Origin: Fastidiosipila sp.
Lineage (GTDB): Bacteria; Bacillota; Clostridia; Saccharofermentanales; DTU023
Length of the DNA: 64,000 nt
Direction: 5' to 3'
NCBI GenBank assembly: GCA_012837885.1
Contig: DUQI01000113.1
Span: 894 to 64,893 of the forward strand
Positions 45,815 through 55,700 of this stretch are shown piece by piece. Both the position numbers and the translations under genes were made by a program. The number at the start of each line of letters is the position of its first letter. Position 1 is the first letter of the stretch. Below the pieces are notes generated by a model. The model saw only the letters and a program-made list of their open reading frames with translations, had not been told where the DNA came from and searched no databases.

Positions 45815-46846
45815 CTAGGGTTGACGATAGCGATAGGTCTTAAACGGTGTGGCTTCGCGAATCACTTGGACCTGGTCAACCGTTTTATCAAGAATACGTC
45901 CGGTCAGAGGATCGATCTCTACGACCTGGCCCGACAGCTTTTTCACTCCATTTAACCCGGTGCCCGGCACGCGCCTACCATGTAGTGCTCTGTCGTTCGT
46001 GTCGATCGTCTCTTCTCCGGCTTTTGCCGGGATCACTTGTCTTTTGCTCCAGCGCTGACCGACGAGGACGACACGATCGATGACCGCAGTCACCACCTGA
46101 TCGTCTTCGACCAAGAGATCGTCCTCCGGATACCGTTCATTGTCGATAAAACTGTAAGACCATTGATCGCGCGTCTCACCGTTGACGCCTTCGACTTTCA
46201 CCTGTTTGTCAGCATAGAGAGAGTCGGGATCGGGGTTTAGTTCGTAGATGGTCTGAAACGGGATTGTCTTATAGTCATCGTAGACGGTTCGGATCTCATA
46301 GCTCGATTCCGGCGGATCGGACGCTTCCGTCCGGTATAGGTAAAAGCCTTTGTGTACGTAGTCCTGCAGTGTAGCGACATCGACCCAGAAGACGCGAAAG
46401 CCCGTATCGAGGACGAAGTTTCCGACTAATGCCCAGGCATGACGCCCACCGTACTCGACATCGTAGGTCGCATCGATGCCAGCTCTTTGCAGAAGCGCCA
46501 CCTGCGTGAAGGCACGTGTGTAGCAATTACCGCGCCGATACAGCAGACCGAATTTCGCGCCGTCCACAAAGACGGAGGACGCCGGCGAACTATACGTGAT
46601 CTGCGCTTTCGCCCACTCGTATACTTTTTCGATAATCTCCTCGTCCGTCATACTGTCCGTGATCAAGCGCGACAGGATCGAGTCGGCGATCTGATCAAGC
46701 TCTTCATCGCCGGTCGTACCACGGGGCGTGTAGGTAGAAGACTCAGTCGTCGACACGGTGCGAGTGAGCGATAGTACCGGTACACTCCCCACACTGCTCA
46801 CAAGTAAGATTGATAGGACAAGCAAAAAGCGGCGGGCTTTTTTCAT
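45815..46846 (-). CDS. secreted transglutaminase-fold protein with G5-like modules (shorter paralog of 44048-45736)
   Basis: Signal peptide MKKARRFLLVLSILLVSSVG; core YRRGNCYTRAFTQVALLQRAG...GRHAWALVGNFVLDTG; G5-like TIPFQTIYELNPD...EGVNGETRDQWSY...VIDRVVLVGQR. The ATG lies 3 nt after the trmD stop, with a GAGGA RBS inside trmD. Confidence 0.78.
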   Translation of the reverse strand: MKKARRFLLVLSILLVSSVGSVPVLSLTRTVSTTESSTYTPRGTTGDEELDQIADSILSRLITDSMTDEEIIEKVYEWAKAQITYSSPASSVFVDGAKFGLLYRRGNCYTRAFTQVALLQRAGIDATYDVEYGGRHAWALVGNFVLDTGFRVFWVDVATLQDYVHKGFYLYRTEASDPPESSYEIRTVYDDYKTIPFQTIYELNPDPDSLYADKQVKVEGVNGETRDQWSYSFIDNERYPEDDLLVEDDQVVTAVIDRVVLVGQRWSKRQVIPAKAGEETIDTNDRALHGRRVPGTGLNGVKKLSGQVVEIDPLTGRILDKTVDQVQVIREATPFKTYRYRQP

Positions 46847-46849
46847 GAT

Positions 46850-47626
46850 TTAATCCTCAGTGTTTTCACCTGATGTGACCGGCCGCTCCAACTCGTCTTG
46901 CAAGACGGCGAGCGCATCTTTCCAGTCGGAAACGTCTATTGATTTCAACCCAGCAAGATCCGGTCTTTTGCGTAACGTCGTCTCGATCTTCTTGGCACGA
47001 CGCCAGGCCTCAATATTCGCCGCATGACCGGAGAGCAACACCGCAGGCACGTCTTTGCCACGCCAGGACGATGGCCTCGTGTACTGCGGTTCGGCGAGCA
47101 ACCCGTCGCTCAGTGATTCATCCTGAAACGCTTCTTCATTCGGCAAGACGCCCGGCAGGCGTCTCGCGACAGAATCGAGTAGAGCGAGGGCCGGCAGCTC
47201 GCCACCGGTCAACACGAAGTCACCGAGCGACACTTCGCGCGCGTTCACGGCCTCAAGGTAACGTTCGTCGACACCTTCGTAGTGACCGCAGACGAGCAAA
47301 AGATGTTCTTTTGTTGCCAACTCCTCGACCAGTGGTTGATTGAGTGTCTCGCCGCGCGGCGAAAGAAAGATCACTTCAGTGTTCAGGTCTTCGTGCTTTT
47401 TGATTTGGGTTGTCGTCGCCTGGTAAAGCGGCTCCGCCATCATCAACATGCCGGTGCCGCCACCATAAATCTGATCGTCGACCTTGCCGTAGTCGTTAAT
47501 CGCAAAGTCACGGATATCGACGACATCGACAGTAAAGTGACCGGCATCAATCGCGCGCCCCATAATGCTGTGCGAAAGCCAGTCTTCGACCTGCTTTTTA
47601 AATAGCGTCAGTACGGAAAACAGCAT
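46850..47626 (-). CDS. trmD: tRNA (guanine37-N1)-methyltransferase
   Basis: SPOUT/TrmD motifs DYGKVDDQIYGGGTGMLM and CGHYEGVDERY. Confidence 0.95.
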   Translation of the reverse strand: MLFSVLTLFKKQVEDWLSHSIMGRAIDAGHFTVDVVDIRDFAINDYGKVDDQIYGGGTGMLMMAEPLYQATTTQIKKHEDLNTEVIFLSPRGETLNQPLVEELATKEHLLLVCGHYEGVDERYLEAVNAREVSLGDFVLTGGELPALALLDSVARRLPGVLPNEEAFQDESLSDGLLAEPQYTRPSSWRGKDVPAVLLSGHAANIEAWRRAKKIETTLRKRPDLAGLKSIDVSDWKDALAVLQDELERPVTSGENTED

Positions 47627-47628
47627 GA

Positions 47629-48156
47629 CTAATCATAAAGTTCGGTTAGACCTTCAGGCAAGAAGACATCGATCTCCTTTTTCTCGGTATCGACGTCTTT
47701 TAAGAAGGCCGAAACAGCCGGCAGGAACAGATCGTTCTTCCCTTTTCTTTCAATGACCAATAGATCCTGTCCGGGACGAAACGCGATCTCCCGCATGACG
47801 CCGACAAACGATCTTTCGTCTTCCGCCAATAGATACACGGAAAAACCGATCAGGTCGGCCAGAAACCAGGTGCCTTCTTCCGGCGGTGGAGCGGCGTCGC
47901 GATCGAGATAGAGAATCTCGCCGCTGATCGTTTCCGCGTCCTCGCGCGAACGTAATTCAGCCAGTTTGACCAGTCTGAATTTTCCGCTCGGCTTCACCGA
48001 CAGTAAATGGAAAACAGGCTTTTCATCAGTCTCACTGATAAAAAGCCGTTCCTTCTCTGCCAATTGATCGACGCTCTCCGAAAGCGGAAAGCACTTCAGA
48101 TCACCTTTCAGACCGTGCGCGGACACGACCTTGAACATCGCAAAACGCTTGATCAT
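47629..48156 (-). CDS. rimM: 16S rRNA processing protein RimM
   Basis: Typical length and position between the KH-protein gene and trmD. RimM-like GxxGxLK N-terminus (HGLKGDLK) and a PRC-barrel-like C-terminus. Confidence 0.88.
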   Translation of the reverse strand: MIKRFAMFKVVSAHGLKGDLKCFPLSESVDQLAEKERLFISETDEKPVFHLLSVKPSGKFRLVKLAELRSREDAETISGEILYLDRDAAPPPEEGTWFLADLIGFSVYLLAEDERSFVGVMREIAFRPGQDLLVIERKGKNDLFLPAVSAFLKDVDTEKKEIDVFLPEGLTELYD

Positions 48157-48383
48157 TCTCCGATGTTGATCGAGACCCTGCGGCGTTCCTGAAACGCTCT
48201 GGCCTTCATAATGTTTCTGATCGCCGTCGCACGCTTGCCGCCTTTACCGATCACGCGGCCCATATCTTCCGAGGCGAGTTTCAGATTCAAAATCGTCTGA
48301 TTCCCGCGGCGATGCTCCGTAATCTGCATCACTTCCTCGTTGTCGACGAGCGGACGCACGATCGTGTCAAGTAAGTCTTTCAT
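48153..48383 (-). CDS. KH-domain RNA-binding protein (YlqC family)
   Basis: GRVIGKGGKRATAIRNIM (GxxG KH motif). It sits between rpsP and rimM. Confidence 0.9.
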   Translation of the reverse strand: MKDLLDTIVRPLVDNEEVMQITEHRRGNQTILNLKLASEDMGRVIGKGGKRATAIRNIMKARAFQERRRVSINIGE

Positions 48384-48387
48384 CGAT

Positions 48388-48633
48388 CTACTCCAGAACG
48401 CCGTTCTTTTTGAGCAGTGAACGCACCGTATCGGTCGGCTGCGCGCCTTTTTTCATCCAGTCTTTCACTTTTTCCGCGTCGACCGTGAATACACTCGGAT
48501 CGGCGAGCGGATTGTAATGTCCGATCTCTTCGATGAAACGTCCGTCACGTGGTGAACGCGCATCTGCGACGACGACACGGTAGTACGGCTGTTTTTTCTG
48601 GCCGATACGCTTAAGTCTGATTTTTACTGCCAT
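48388..48633 (-). CDS. rpsP: 30S ribosomal protein S16
   Basis: [35 protein letters not shown]. Confidence 0.97.
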   Translation of the reverse strand: MAVKIRLKRIGQKKQPYYRVVVADARSPRDGRFIEEIGHYNPLADPSVFTVDAEKVKDWMKKGAQPTDTVRSLLKKNGVLE

Positions 48634-48731
48634 TTATTCCTCCCGGCGGTTTTTTTAACCGCGATGTGTTTTCTGATCCACTAAGGATCCGGATTATGCG
48701 TGTGTCACGCTCATTCCCAATGTTTTTATCT

Positions 48732-50069
48732 CTAGAAGCCGAGGCCGAGCTTTCGTAAAAGTCCCTTGCCGAGGCCTTTACCGGAGAATTGCTTCATCAT
48801 CTTTTGCATCTGCTCGAACTGTCTGATCACCTGATTGACATCCGACACCTGTGTGCCGGAACCGGCCGCGATCCGCTTTCTGCGGCTCGCGTTCAAGACT
48901 TTATGGTTTTCTCTTTCCTTTTTCGTCATCGACTGGATGATCGAGCGAAAGCGGTCGAACTGTGTCTCATCGATCTCGCCGTCCGGCAGTCTGCCGGAAA
49001 GCCCAGGGATCATGCCGAGCATGTCCTGCATCGATCCCATCTTTTTAACCTGGCCGAGCTGCGTCAACATATCCTCCAGGGTGAACTGGTTCTTGCGCAT
49101 ACGCTCGTAGGCACGTTGCGCCTCTTCTTCATCGATTGCCTGTGAGGCGCGTTCGATCAGGCTTAGAACGTCACCCATGCCGAGAATTCTCGAGGCAAGA
49201 CGATCCGGATGAAACGCTTCGAAATCTTCGACCCGTTCTCCGGTTGCGATCATCTTGATCGGAATGCCGGTCATCTTTCGGATTGACAAGGCGGCACCGC
49301 CGCGCGCATCGCCGTCCAGCTTCGTCATGATGAAACCGTCGATCGCGATCGCTTCATTAAAGGCAATCGCGACATTCACGGCCTCCTGACCGATCATCGC
49401 ATCGACGATCAGAAGACGCTCCGTCGGATTGACGGCATCGCCGATCTCGATCAGTTCATCCATCATTTCCTGATCGATCGTCATACGACCTGCCGTGTCG
49501 ACGATCAAGGTGTCGCAGAGAAGATACTTGCCTCGCTCGACCGCCTCTTTCGCTATCTTGACCGCGCTTTTTTCTTCCGGTCTGATGTAATGCGGTACAT
49601 CGATCTGCTCCGCCAGTACAGCGAGCTGTTTGGCTGCCGCCGGGCGGTGTACGTCTACGGATGTCAAAAGCGGCTTTTTACCCTGCTTTTTAAGCATCAG
49701 AGCCAGCTTGGCCGCTGTCGTCGTCTTACCGACACCCTGCAGACCGTAGAGCATGATGATCGTGAAGCCGGTCGGCGACACATTCAGTTTGCTCTCACTC
49801 TCACCTAATATTTCAACAAGCTTTTCGTTGACGATTTTGACGACCATCTGGCCAGGCGTCAGGCTCTTCATCACCGCTTCGCCACGGCTCTTCTCCGTCA
49901 CATCGGCGACGAATTCCTTCACCACCTGATAATTGACGTCGGCTTCCAAAAGGGCGAGACGAATCTCGCGCATCATGTCCTTGATGTCCTGATCTGTCAG
50001 CCGGCTTTTCCCGCGCAGCCTCGTCGTAATATCTGTCAGCTTCGATGACAATCCTTCAAATATCGCCAT
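48732..50069 (-). CDS. ffh: signal recognition particle protein Ffh
   Basis: NG domain GLQGVGKTTTAAKLA, DTAGR and TKLDGDARGG, plus a Met-rich M domain. Confidence 0.97.
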   Translation of the reverse strand: MAIFEGLSSKLTDITTRLRGKSRLTDQDIKDMMREIRLALLEADVNYQVVKEFVADVTEKSRGEAVMKSLTPGQMVVKIVNEKLVEILGESESKLNVSPTGFTIIMLYGLQGVGKTTTAAKLALMLKKQGKKPLLTSVDVHRPAAAKQLAVLAEQIDVPHYIRPEEKSAVKIAKEAVERGKYLLCDTLIVDTAGRMTIDQEMMDELIEIGDAVNPTERLLIVDAMIGQEAVNVAIAFNEAIAIDGFIMTKLDGDARGGAALSIRKMTGIPIKMIATGERVEDFEAFHPDRLASRILGMGDVLSLIERASQAIDEEEAQRAYERMRKNQFTLEDMLTQLGQVKKMGSMQDMLGMIPGLSGRLPDGEIDETQFDRFRSIIQSMTKKERENHKVLNASRRKRIAAGSGTQVSDVNQVIRQFEQMQKMMKQFSGKGLGKGLLRKLGLGF

Positions 50070-50417
50070 TTAATCCCCCGCCAAGGCCCGCCGCAGCCGG
50101 TTCACTTCCTGCCTCGCTTCCGGCAGGCGGCCATGTTTTAAAAGCTGACTGACTTTGTCGAGACCGCTTTTCATGTCCGATTCTTTTTGCATCAAGGTCA
50201 GTGCCGCTTCAAAACCGTTCAGGAGGCGTCGCTGTTTGGCGAGCGCTCCCGACACCGCCTGACGACTCATCTTTCGCTCGGCGGCGATTTCGGCGAGCGA
50301 TAAGTCTTCGTTATAGTAAAGATGCATGACCTGCCGGCCGCTGTCACTTAACAGCGCACCGTATACGTCCAGAAGCATCCCGTAGCGGGCTATGTTTTCT
50401 CCCACAGTCTTTGGCAC
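50070..50417 (-). CDS. ylxM: YlxM/UPF0122 putative helix-turn-helix protein
   Basis: LLDVYGALLSDSGRQVMHLYYNEDLSLAEIAAERKMSRQAV aligns by eye to B. subtilis YlxM. Start is uncertain: I chose GTG 50417 after AAGG; the ORF-track TTG is at 50453. Confidence 0.85.
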   Translation of the reverse strand: MPKTVGENIARYGMLLDVYGALLSDSGRQVMHLYYNEDLSLAEIAAERKMSRQAVSGALAKQRRLLNGFEAALTLMQKESDMKSGLDKVSQLLKHGRLPEARQEVNRLRRALAGD

Positions 50418-50513
50418 AACGCCAACCTTAACAGGTGATCCCCCCTCTGTCAATCATTTTGCTTGACAGCCGTGGATACAGACTCAACCCAAGACGTTTT
50501 CTGTAACTTCCAC

Positions 50514-50522
50514 ATGATAAAA
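50514..50522 (+). promoter_or_regulatory. possible extended -10 element (TGATAAAAT) for the ATP-grasp gene
   Basis: tgataaaat lies about 40 nt upstream of ATG 50562. Confidence 0.3.
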
Positions 50523-50561
50523 TCGCATCAAGTATTAGATCTTGGAAAATCGAGAGAAGGA

Positions 50562-51758
50562 ATGCAAATGAAAGCCGTCGTCGTCGGAGTCAATTATTAC
50601 ACGGGACTTTCCGCCCTGCGCAGTTTAGGCAGAGCCGGTGTGCATGTCGTCGCGGCCGATTATGATCGGAAGGCATACGGTCTTCGCTCGAAGTACTGCG
50701 CGGAACATCTGATGCTGCCGCCTTTAAGCGGGGATCCGAAACGACTCGTCGATACCTTGATAGATTTTGCAAAGAAGCAAGATGAAAAGCCGCTCCTTTT
50801 TCCGACCCATGACAGTTACGTACACATCGTCGACGAATACTTCGACGAACTGAAAGCGCATTTCGTCTTTCCGCAAGTGACCAAAGGCCTCTTTACGGCC
50901 TGCTGCGACAAGCGGTTGACGGCCGACCTGTGTCGCCGTTACGGCGTGCGAATCCCGCCGTCCGTCGCACTCGATGCGCCCGATTTACTGGAAACGGTGA
51001 AAGATCAGATCGGCTATCCGTGCATTATCAAACCGGATGATTCGACCTCATTTGTCCGCCGTTTCGGCTGCAAAGTGTTTATCGTCGCCGATCACAGTGA
51101 ACTGGAAGAAAAGCGAACGCTTATGCGGGAGGCCGGCCTCGGCGGGCAGGTTCAGCGCATCATCAAAGGCTTTGACGACCATATGTATACGTACGATGCC
51201 TACGTCGGGCAAGATGGTGCTGTCAGTCACGCGTTGACTTGTCAGAAGAAACGCCAGTGGCCGATCAACTTCGGCGCCAGCACATTCATCGTACAAAAAC
51301 ACGTGCCGGAGCTCCATAAAATAGGTGCAGCCTTTCTCGAAGCGATCGGCTGGCGTGGGTTTGCCGAGATCGAATTCAAAAAAGAAGAAGGCACGAACGA
51401 CTTCTATCTGATCGAGATCAATACGCGGACGACGAATTTCAACTCCATGATCGATGCCTGTGGTATCAATATGCCTTACGTCTGTTATCGGGATATGAAA
51501 GGTGAACCGGTGCCACCTTTAATAATGGAGGAAGATCTGGGGCAGGCCTTTTGTTATGAGTACGATGATTTTTTTGCCAAGCGCGCCTATCTAAGGACAG
51601 GTCAACTGACGAGAAAAGAGATCAAGCAGCAGGAAAAAGGCGTACGCGTCACCGAGGCGTTGTTTGCCAAAGACGATCTTCGTCCCTGGTTTTCGTTCTG
51701 GTCGGAACGGGCAGGCAGGCTCGTTAAGAAGATTCTGCGGATTGATCGTAAGTCTTAA
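50562..51758 (+). CDS. ATP-grasp carboxylate-amine ligase (COG3919-like, uncharacterised)
   Basis: N-terminal Rossmann-like KAVVVGVNYYTGLSALRSLGRAGVHVVA; ATP-grasp core YPCIIKPDDS...; late motif GFAEIEFKKEE..FYLIEINTR. GAGAGAAGG RBS; ATG at 50562 or 50568. Confidence 0.8.
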   Translation: MQMKAVVVGVNYYTGLSALRSLGRAGVHVVAADYDRKAYGLRSKYCAEHLMLPPLSGDPKRLVDTLIDFAKKQDEKPLLFPTHDSYVHIVDEYFDELKAHFVFPQVTKGLFTACCDKRLTADLCRRYGVRIPPSVALDAPDLLETVKDQIGYPCIIKPDDSTSFVRRFGCKVFIVADHSELEEKRTLMREAGLGGQVQRIIKGFDDHMYTYDAYVGQDGAVSHALTCQKKRQWPINFGASTFIVQKHVPELHKIGAAFLEAIGWRGFAEIEFKKEEGTNDFYLIEINTRTTNFNSMIDACGINMPYVCYRDMKGEPVPPLIMEEDLGQAFCYEYDDFFAKRAYLRTGQLTRKEIKQQEKGVRVTEALFAKDDLRPWFSFWSERAGRLVKKILRIDRKS

Positions 51759-51811
51759 ATTTCACTTTACTTTTTTTTTGATTATTAAGTAGCCGATTTG
51801 TGGATTACTGC

Positions 51812-52729
51812 TTATAGCTCTTCCGGTAGCGGCAACAGTGAACGTACGAAAAGATCGGCGTTGAAGTCTTCCAGATCTTCGATTCCCTCACCGAGACCGG
51901 CCAGCACGACAGGGGCATCGGTCGCTTCCGTGACCGCGAGAGCGACACCACCTTTGGCGTTGCCGTCGAGTTTGGCCAACACGATACCGTTGATGTCGGC
52001 GACTTCGGCAAATGCTTCGGCCTGTTTCACGGCGTTTTGTCCGGTCGTCGCATCGAGCACCAAAAGCGAATAGACATTCGCGGTCGGAGCTTCTCTGCCG
52101 ATAATCCGGTTGATCTTGGCGAGCTCTTCCATCAGATTCTTCTTGTTGTGGAGGCGACCGGCCGTATCGAGAATCAGCACGTCGACGCCGCGCGCTTTCG
52201 AGGCCTGCAGCGCATCGAAGGTCACGGCAGCCGGATCGGCGCCGGGCGCGTGAGCCAGAACCGGCACGCCGGCTCTCTCTCCCCATACTTTCAATTGATC
52301 GATCGCTGCGGCACGGAACGTATCGGCGGCCGCCAGCATCACTTTTTTCCCCTGGTTTTTATAGCGATAGGCGAGTTTTCCCGACGTCGTCGTCTTCCCT
52401 GTGCCGTTCACACCGATCATTAAGATCACGTTTAAGCCGTCTTGCAGATCGATTCTGCCGTCCGACAGCATGGCGCGCATCTCGCCCGCCAGTATGCCGA
52501 GCACATGCTCCTTTCTGTAGTCGCCGGTTTTCAACATATCTTCGCGCACAACGCTGGTCAGATGCGTCGACGCAGACAGACCGCAGTCGGCCGAGATCAG
52601 GATCATCTCGAGGTCATCGAGTGTGTCCTCGTCAAAAATACCGAGATTGGCAGCGATCCGGTTGACGCTGCTTTCGACAAACTTTCTCGTCTTTTCCAGA
52701 CCGCGTTTAAATTTATCAAATATACTCAT
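51812..52729 (-). CDS. ftsY: signal recognition particle receptor FtsY
   Basis: GVNGTGKTTTSGKLA, DTAGR, and AKLDGNAKGG. Confidence 0.96.
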   Translation of the reverse strand: MSIFDKFKRGLEKTRKFVESSVNRIAANLGIFDEDTLDDLEMILISADCGLSASTHLTSVVREDMLKTGDYRKEHVLGILAGEMRAMLSDGRIDLQDGLNVILMIGVNGTGKTTTSGKLAYRYKNQGKKVMLAAADTFRAAAIDQLKVWGERAGVPVLAHAPGADPAAVTFDALQASKARGVDVLILDTAGRLHNKKNLMEELAKINRIIGREAPTANVYSLLVLDATTGQNAVKQAEAFAEVADINGIVLAKLDGNAKGGVALAVTEATDAPVVLAGLGEGIEDLEDFNADLFVRSLLPLPEEL

Positions 52730-52797
52730 GCTTCAATCCTTAACAAAAGATCCTTACGCTTCATTTCTTCATTCGAAAGCCGGCGCGTAGACTTACC

Positions 52798-55700
52798 TTA
52801 GTGCGTCCTCGCTGCCGTCTCCAATTGCATCGACAGTATACTGGAGATGCCGCGCTCTTGCATCGTCACGCCGTACAGGCGATCGGCGCTTTCCATCGTG
52901 CCTTTACGGTGCGTCACGAGTACAAATTGCGTTTCCGTCGCATACTTTCTTATATAGTCGGCAAACCGAAGGACGTTCGCATCATCGAGATTCGACTCGA
53001 TCTCATCGAAGACACAAAACGGCGCCGGTCTCAAACGCATGATCGCAAACAGTAGCGCAATCGCGGTCAGGCTTCTCTCACCGCCGGAGAGCGGATTGAG
53101 GTTTTGCATGCGTTTTCCAGGCGGCTGGGCACGGATCACGATATCGCTTTCCAGGAGATTATCCTCATCGGCCAGTTCCAAGGTCGCATCCCCGCCGTTG
53201 AACAGTTCACGAAACACCTGCGTGAAGGCGGCATTGATCTTGGCAAAACCGTCGGAGAACTGTTCCTTCATCGCCTGGTCGAGGTCGGCGATCACGGTTT
53301 CAAGTTCCTGTCTCGCCTGCTCCATGTCTTCCCGCTGTACCTGAAGGGACTCGACGCGTCTTCCGACATCGGACAGTTCGTCGATCGCCGCCGGATTGAC
53401 CGGACCTAAATCGCGAATCAGAGATCTCAATGTCCCCATCTCGCGTGACGCTTTTGTCGGCGTCATGCCGGGCAGCTCCGGAATGTCTTCTTCTTTGAGT
53501 TCGTCCTGGACGAGTTCGTAGCGTTCCCACAGCCTATTTTTCAGCTCATCGATCGTGTTTTGCAGGCGCTCTTTTTTCGCCTCCAGTTTTTCTTCTTCAG
53601 CGAGCAATGCACCTTTCGCTTCGCCTTCCGTCTCCATCTTGGAGAAGGCTTCATGGCGCTTGCTCTCAAGTGCCTGACGTTCGGCAGTTTTTTGCCGCAC
53701 ATCCGCCTGTTTGCGATGCAGTGCTTCGGCCAGCTGTTCGCTTTTCTCATTCAGTGAGACGAGGCGTCCCTTTGTCTCTTCCATCGTGTGTCGTGCCGTC
53801 TCGATCTGACGCTGCATCTCGGACAGCCTCGCCCGATCGGCCTCTCTCGACTTTCTCATCTGTTCATCGAGCGCATCGTGCGAGCGGAGTGTCTCTTCGA
53901 CCGATGTGACGTTGACACGCAGATCACCGACGTCGGCACGTAGAGCATCGAGCACGGCAGCCCGCGTCTTGTCATCGACCGGATCCTCGCTCAAGCGTTC
54001 AGTGAGGAGTGTCTCTTTATGATCGACCGTCTCTACCGATTGTTTTACCTCTTGCTCCGTCTCACGGATCGAGGCAAGTTCCGACTTCAAGACAGCCTGG
54101 CGGCTCTTTGCATCGGCATTCGCCTTTTCCAGCGCCTGCTTCGTCTTATCGGCTTCGTCCAGAGTATGTTGCAGCTCGTCGACCGCCTTGATCGCTTCGA
54201 GGCGCGCCTGATCGAGCACCGTTCTCTCGTTTTCCAATGCGGCGATCGCCGGTCGCAAGGATGCGATCTTTTCTTCGATCGCCTCTTCCTTCTGACGTAT
54301 CGCGGCTCTTTTTTTCGTCAATTGCCGCAGTTCGCTTTTCCGGCTGATTACGCCGGCACCGGTTCGTTCGTCGTGGCCGCCGGAAATCGAGCCGCCCGGT
54401 GACAAGAGTTCACCGTCCAGGGTGACAATCCGGACCATACGGTCGACGGCATTGAATACACTGAGCGCATGATCGAGCGTATCGACGACGAGCGTTCTTC
54501 CGAGCAGTCGTCCAATGATCTCACTCAGATCGTCAGCTGCACGCACAAATTGATCGGCACTGCCGAGAAAACCCAGCTTACCGGTCGCCTTGGCGATCAC
54601 TTTCGGATCGAGCGGCCATGCCTTCATCTGAGCGATCGGTAAAAACGTCGCGCGGCCGCCCTTCGTCTCTTTCAGCCAGGCGATCCAGCGGGATGCGATC
54701 TTCTGATTCTCCGTCACAATATGGTTGGCAGCAGCACCGAGGGCCGTCTCGACCGCCAATGCGAAGCCGTCATCGACTTCGAGCAGACCGGCCAGAGGAC
54801 CGCGCACACCGTCTCGAAACGCGCTGTCCTCACGTCGTTTCTTTTCAATGCGACGGACGACGCCGGGATAGCCTTCGCCTTGACGTTCGAGATCGGTCAG
54901 AAGACGACTGCGGTAGTCGATGTTTTTAATTTCGGCCGAGAGCGTCACGAGTTCTCGCTCTGCCGCTTGCAGAGTCTGACTTTTTGCCTCGAGAGAGGCC
55001 ATATGCTCGTCGAAGCGTGTCACGGCCAGCTCGGCTTCGTTACTCAGCTTTTGATGCGTTTCCTTCCATTCTTCGAGCTGGAAAGATAGTCTCGAGAGAT
55101 CGCCTGTGTTTCCGGCGATCAGCGCATCGCTTTCTTCGAGTTGACGCTGCCTCGTCTGAATCTCCGCCCCGATCTCGACCAGTTCACTCTTTGCTTCAAA
55201 GCGTTTTTGACGTAACTGATCGAGTTCATCGGCCAAGGCCCGTCTCTTGGAGGCGGCTTCCTGCGCTTCATTTAAGGCCTGTTCTAATGCTTCTCGTTTC
55301 TCAGCGAGTTCGGCTTCGTAGCGAACGAGCAGTCTTTCCAAACTCTCGCGCTTCTTTTTTTGTTTTTCATCGTCGCCGTCGGATGTCGACAGAAGGCTCT
55401 CCAGAGCACGGATATCCTGTTCCAGCGTATCGACGCGTGCCTGTCCGTGTTCGAGCGAGAGCTCTGCCCTGCTCTTTTCAGCGAGCACTTCGGTGCGTTC
55501 CGTACCGAGCCGGTCATGCTCAGCCCGCAGCGCTTCCGTCTCGGTCTCAAGCGAGGCGAGTGCCTGACCGATCGCTTCATACGATTCGCGGATCTCAGCC
55601 TGTCTCGTCTCGGCCTGCTTTTGCTTTGTCTTCACGGCTTGCAGCTCATCGTTTAGTTGATGTTCGCTCTCCAGGTGGTTTTTCACCTGGTTGTCGACGT

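Noticed and set aside
48634-48731. The ffh-rpsP intergenic hairpin gcggtt-aaaaa-aaccgc as a possible regulatory leader or terminator.
   Set aside because: It has a short stem and no downstream U-tract on the coding strand, and it lies immediately next to the rpsP RBS. That is not enough to call a feature.
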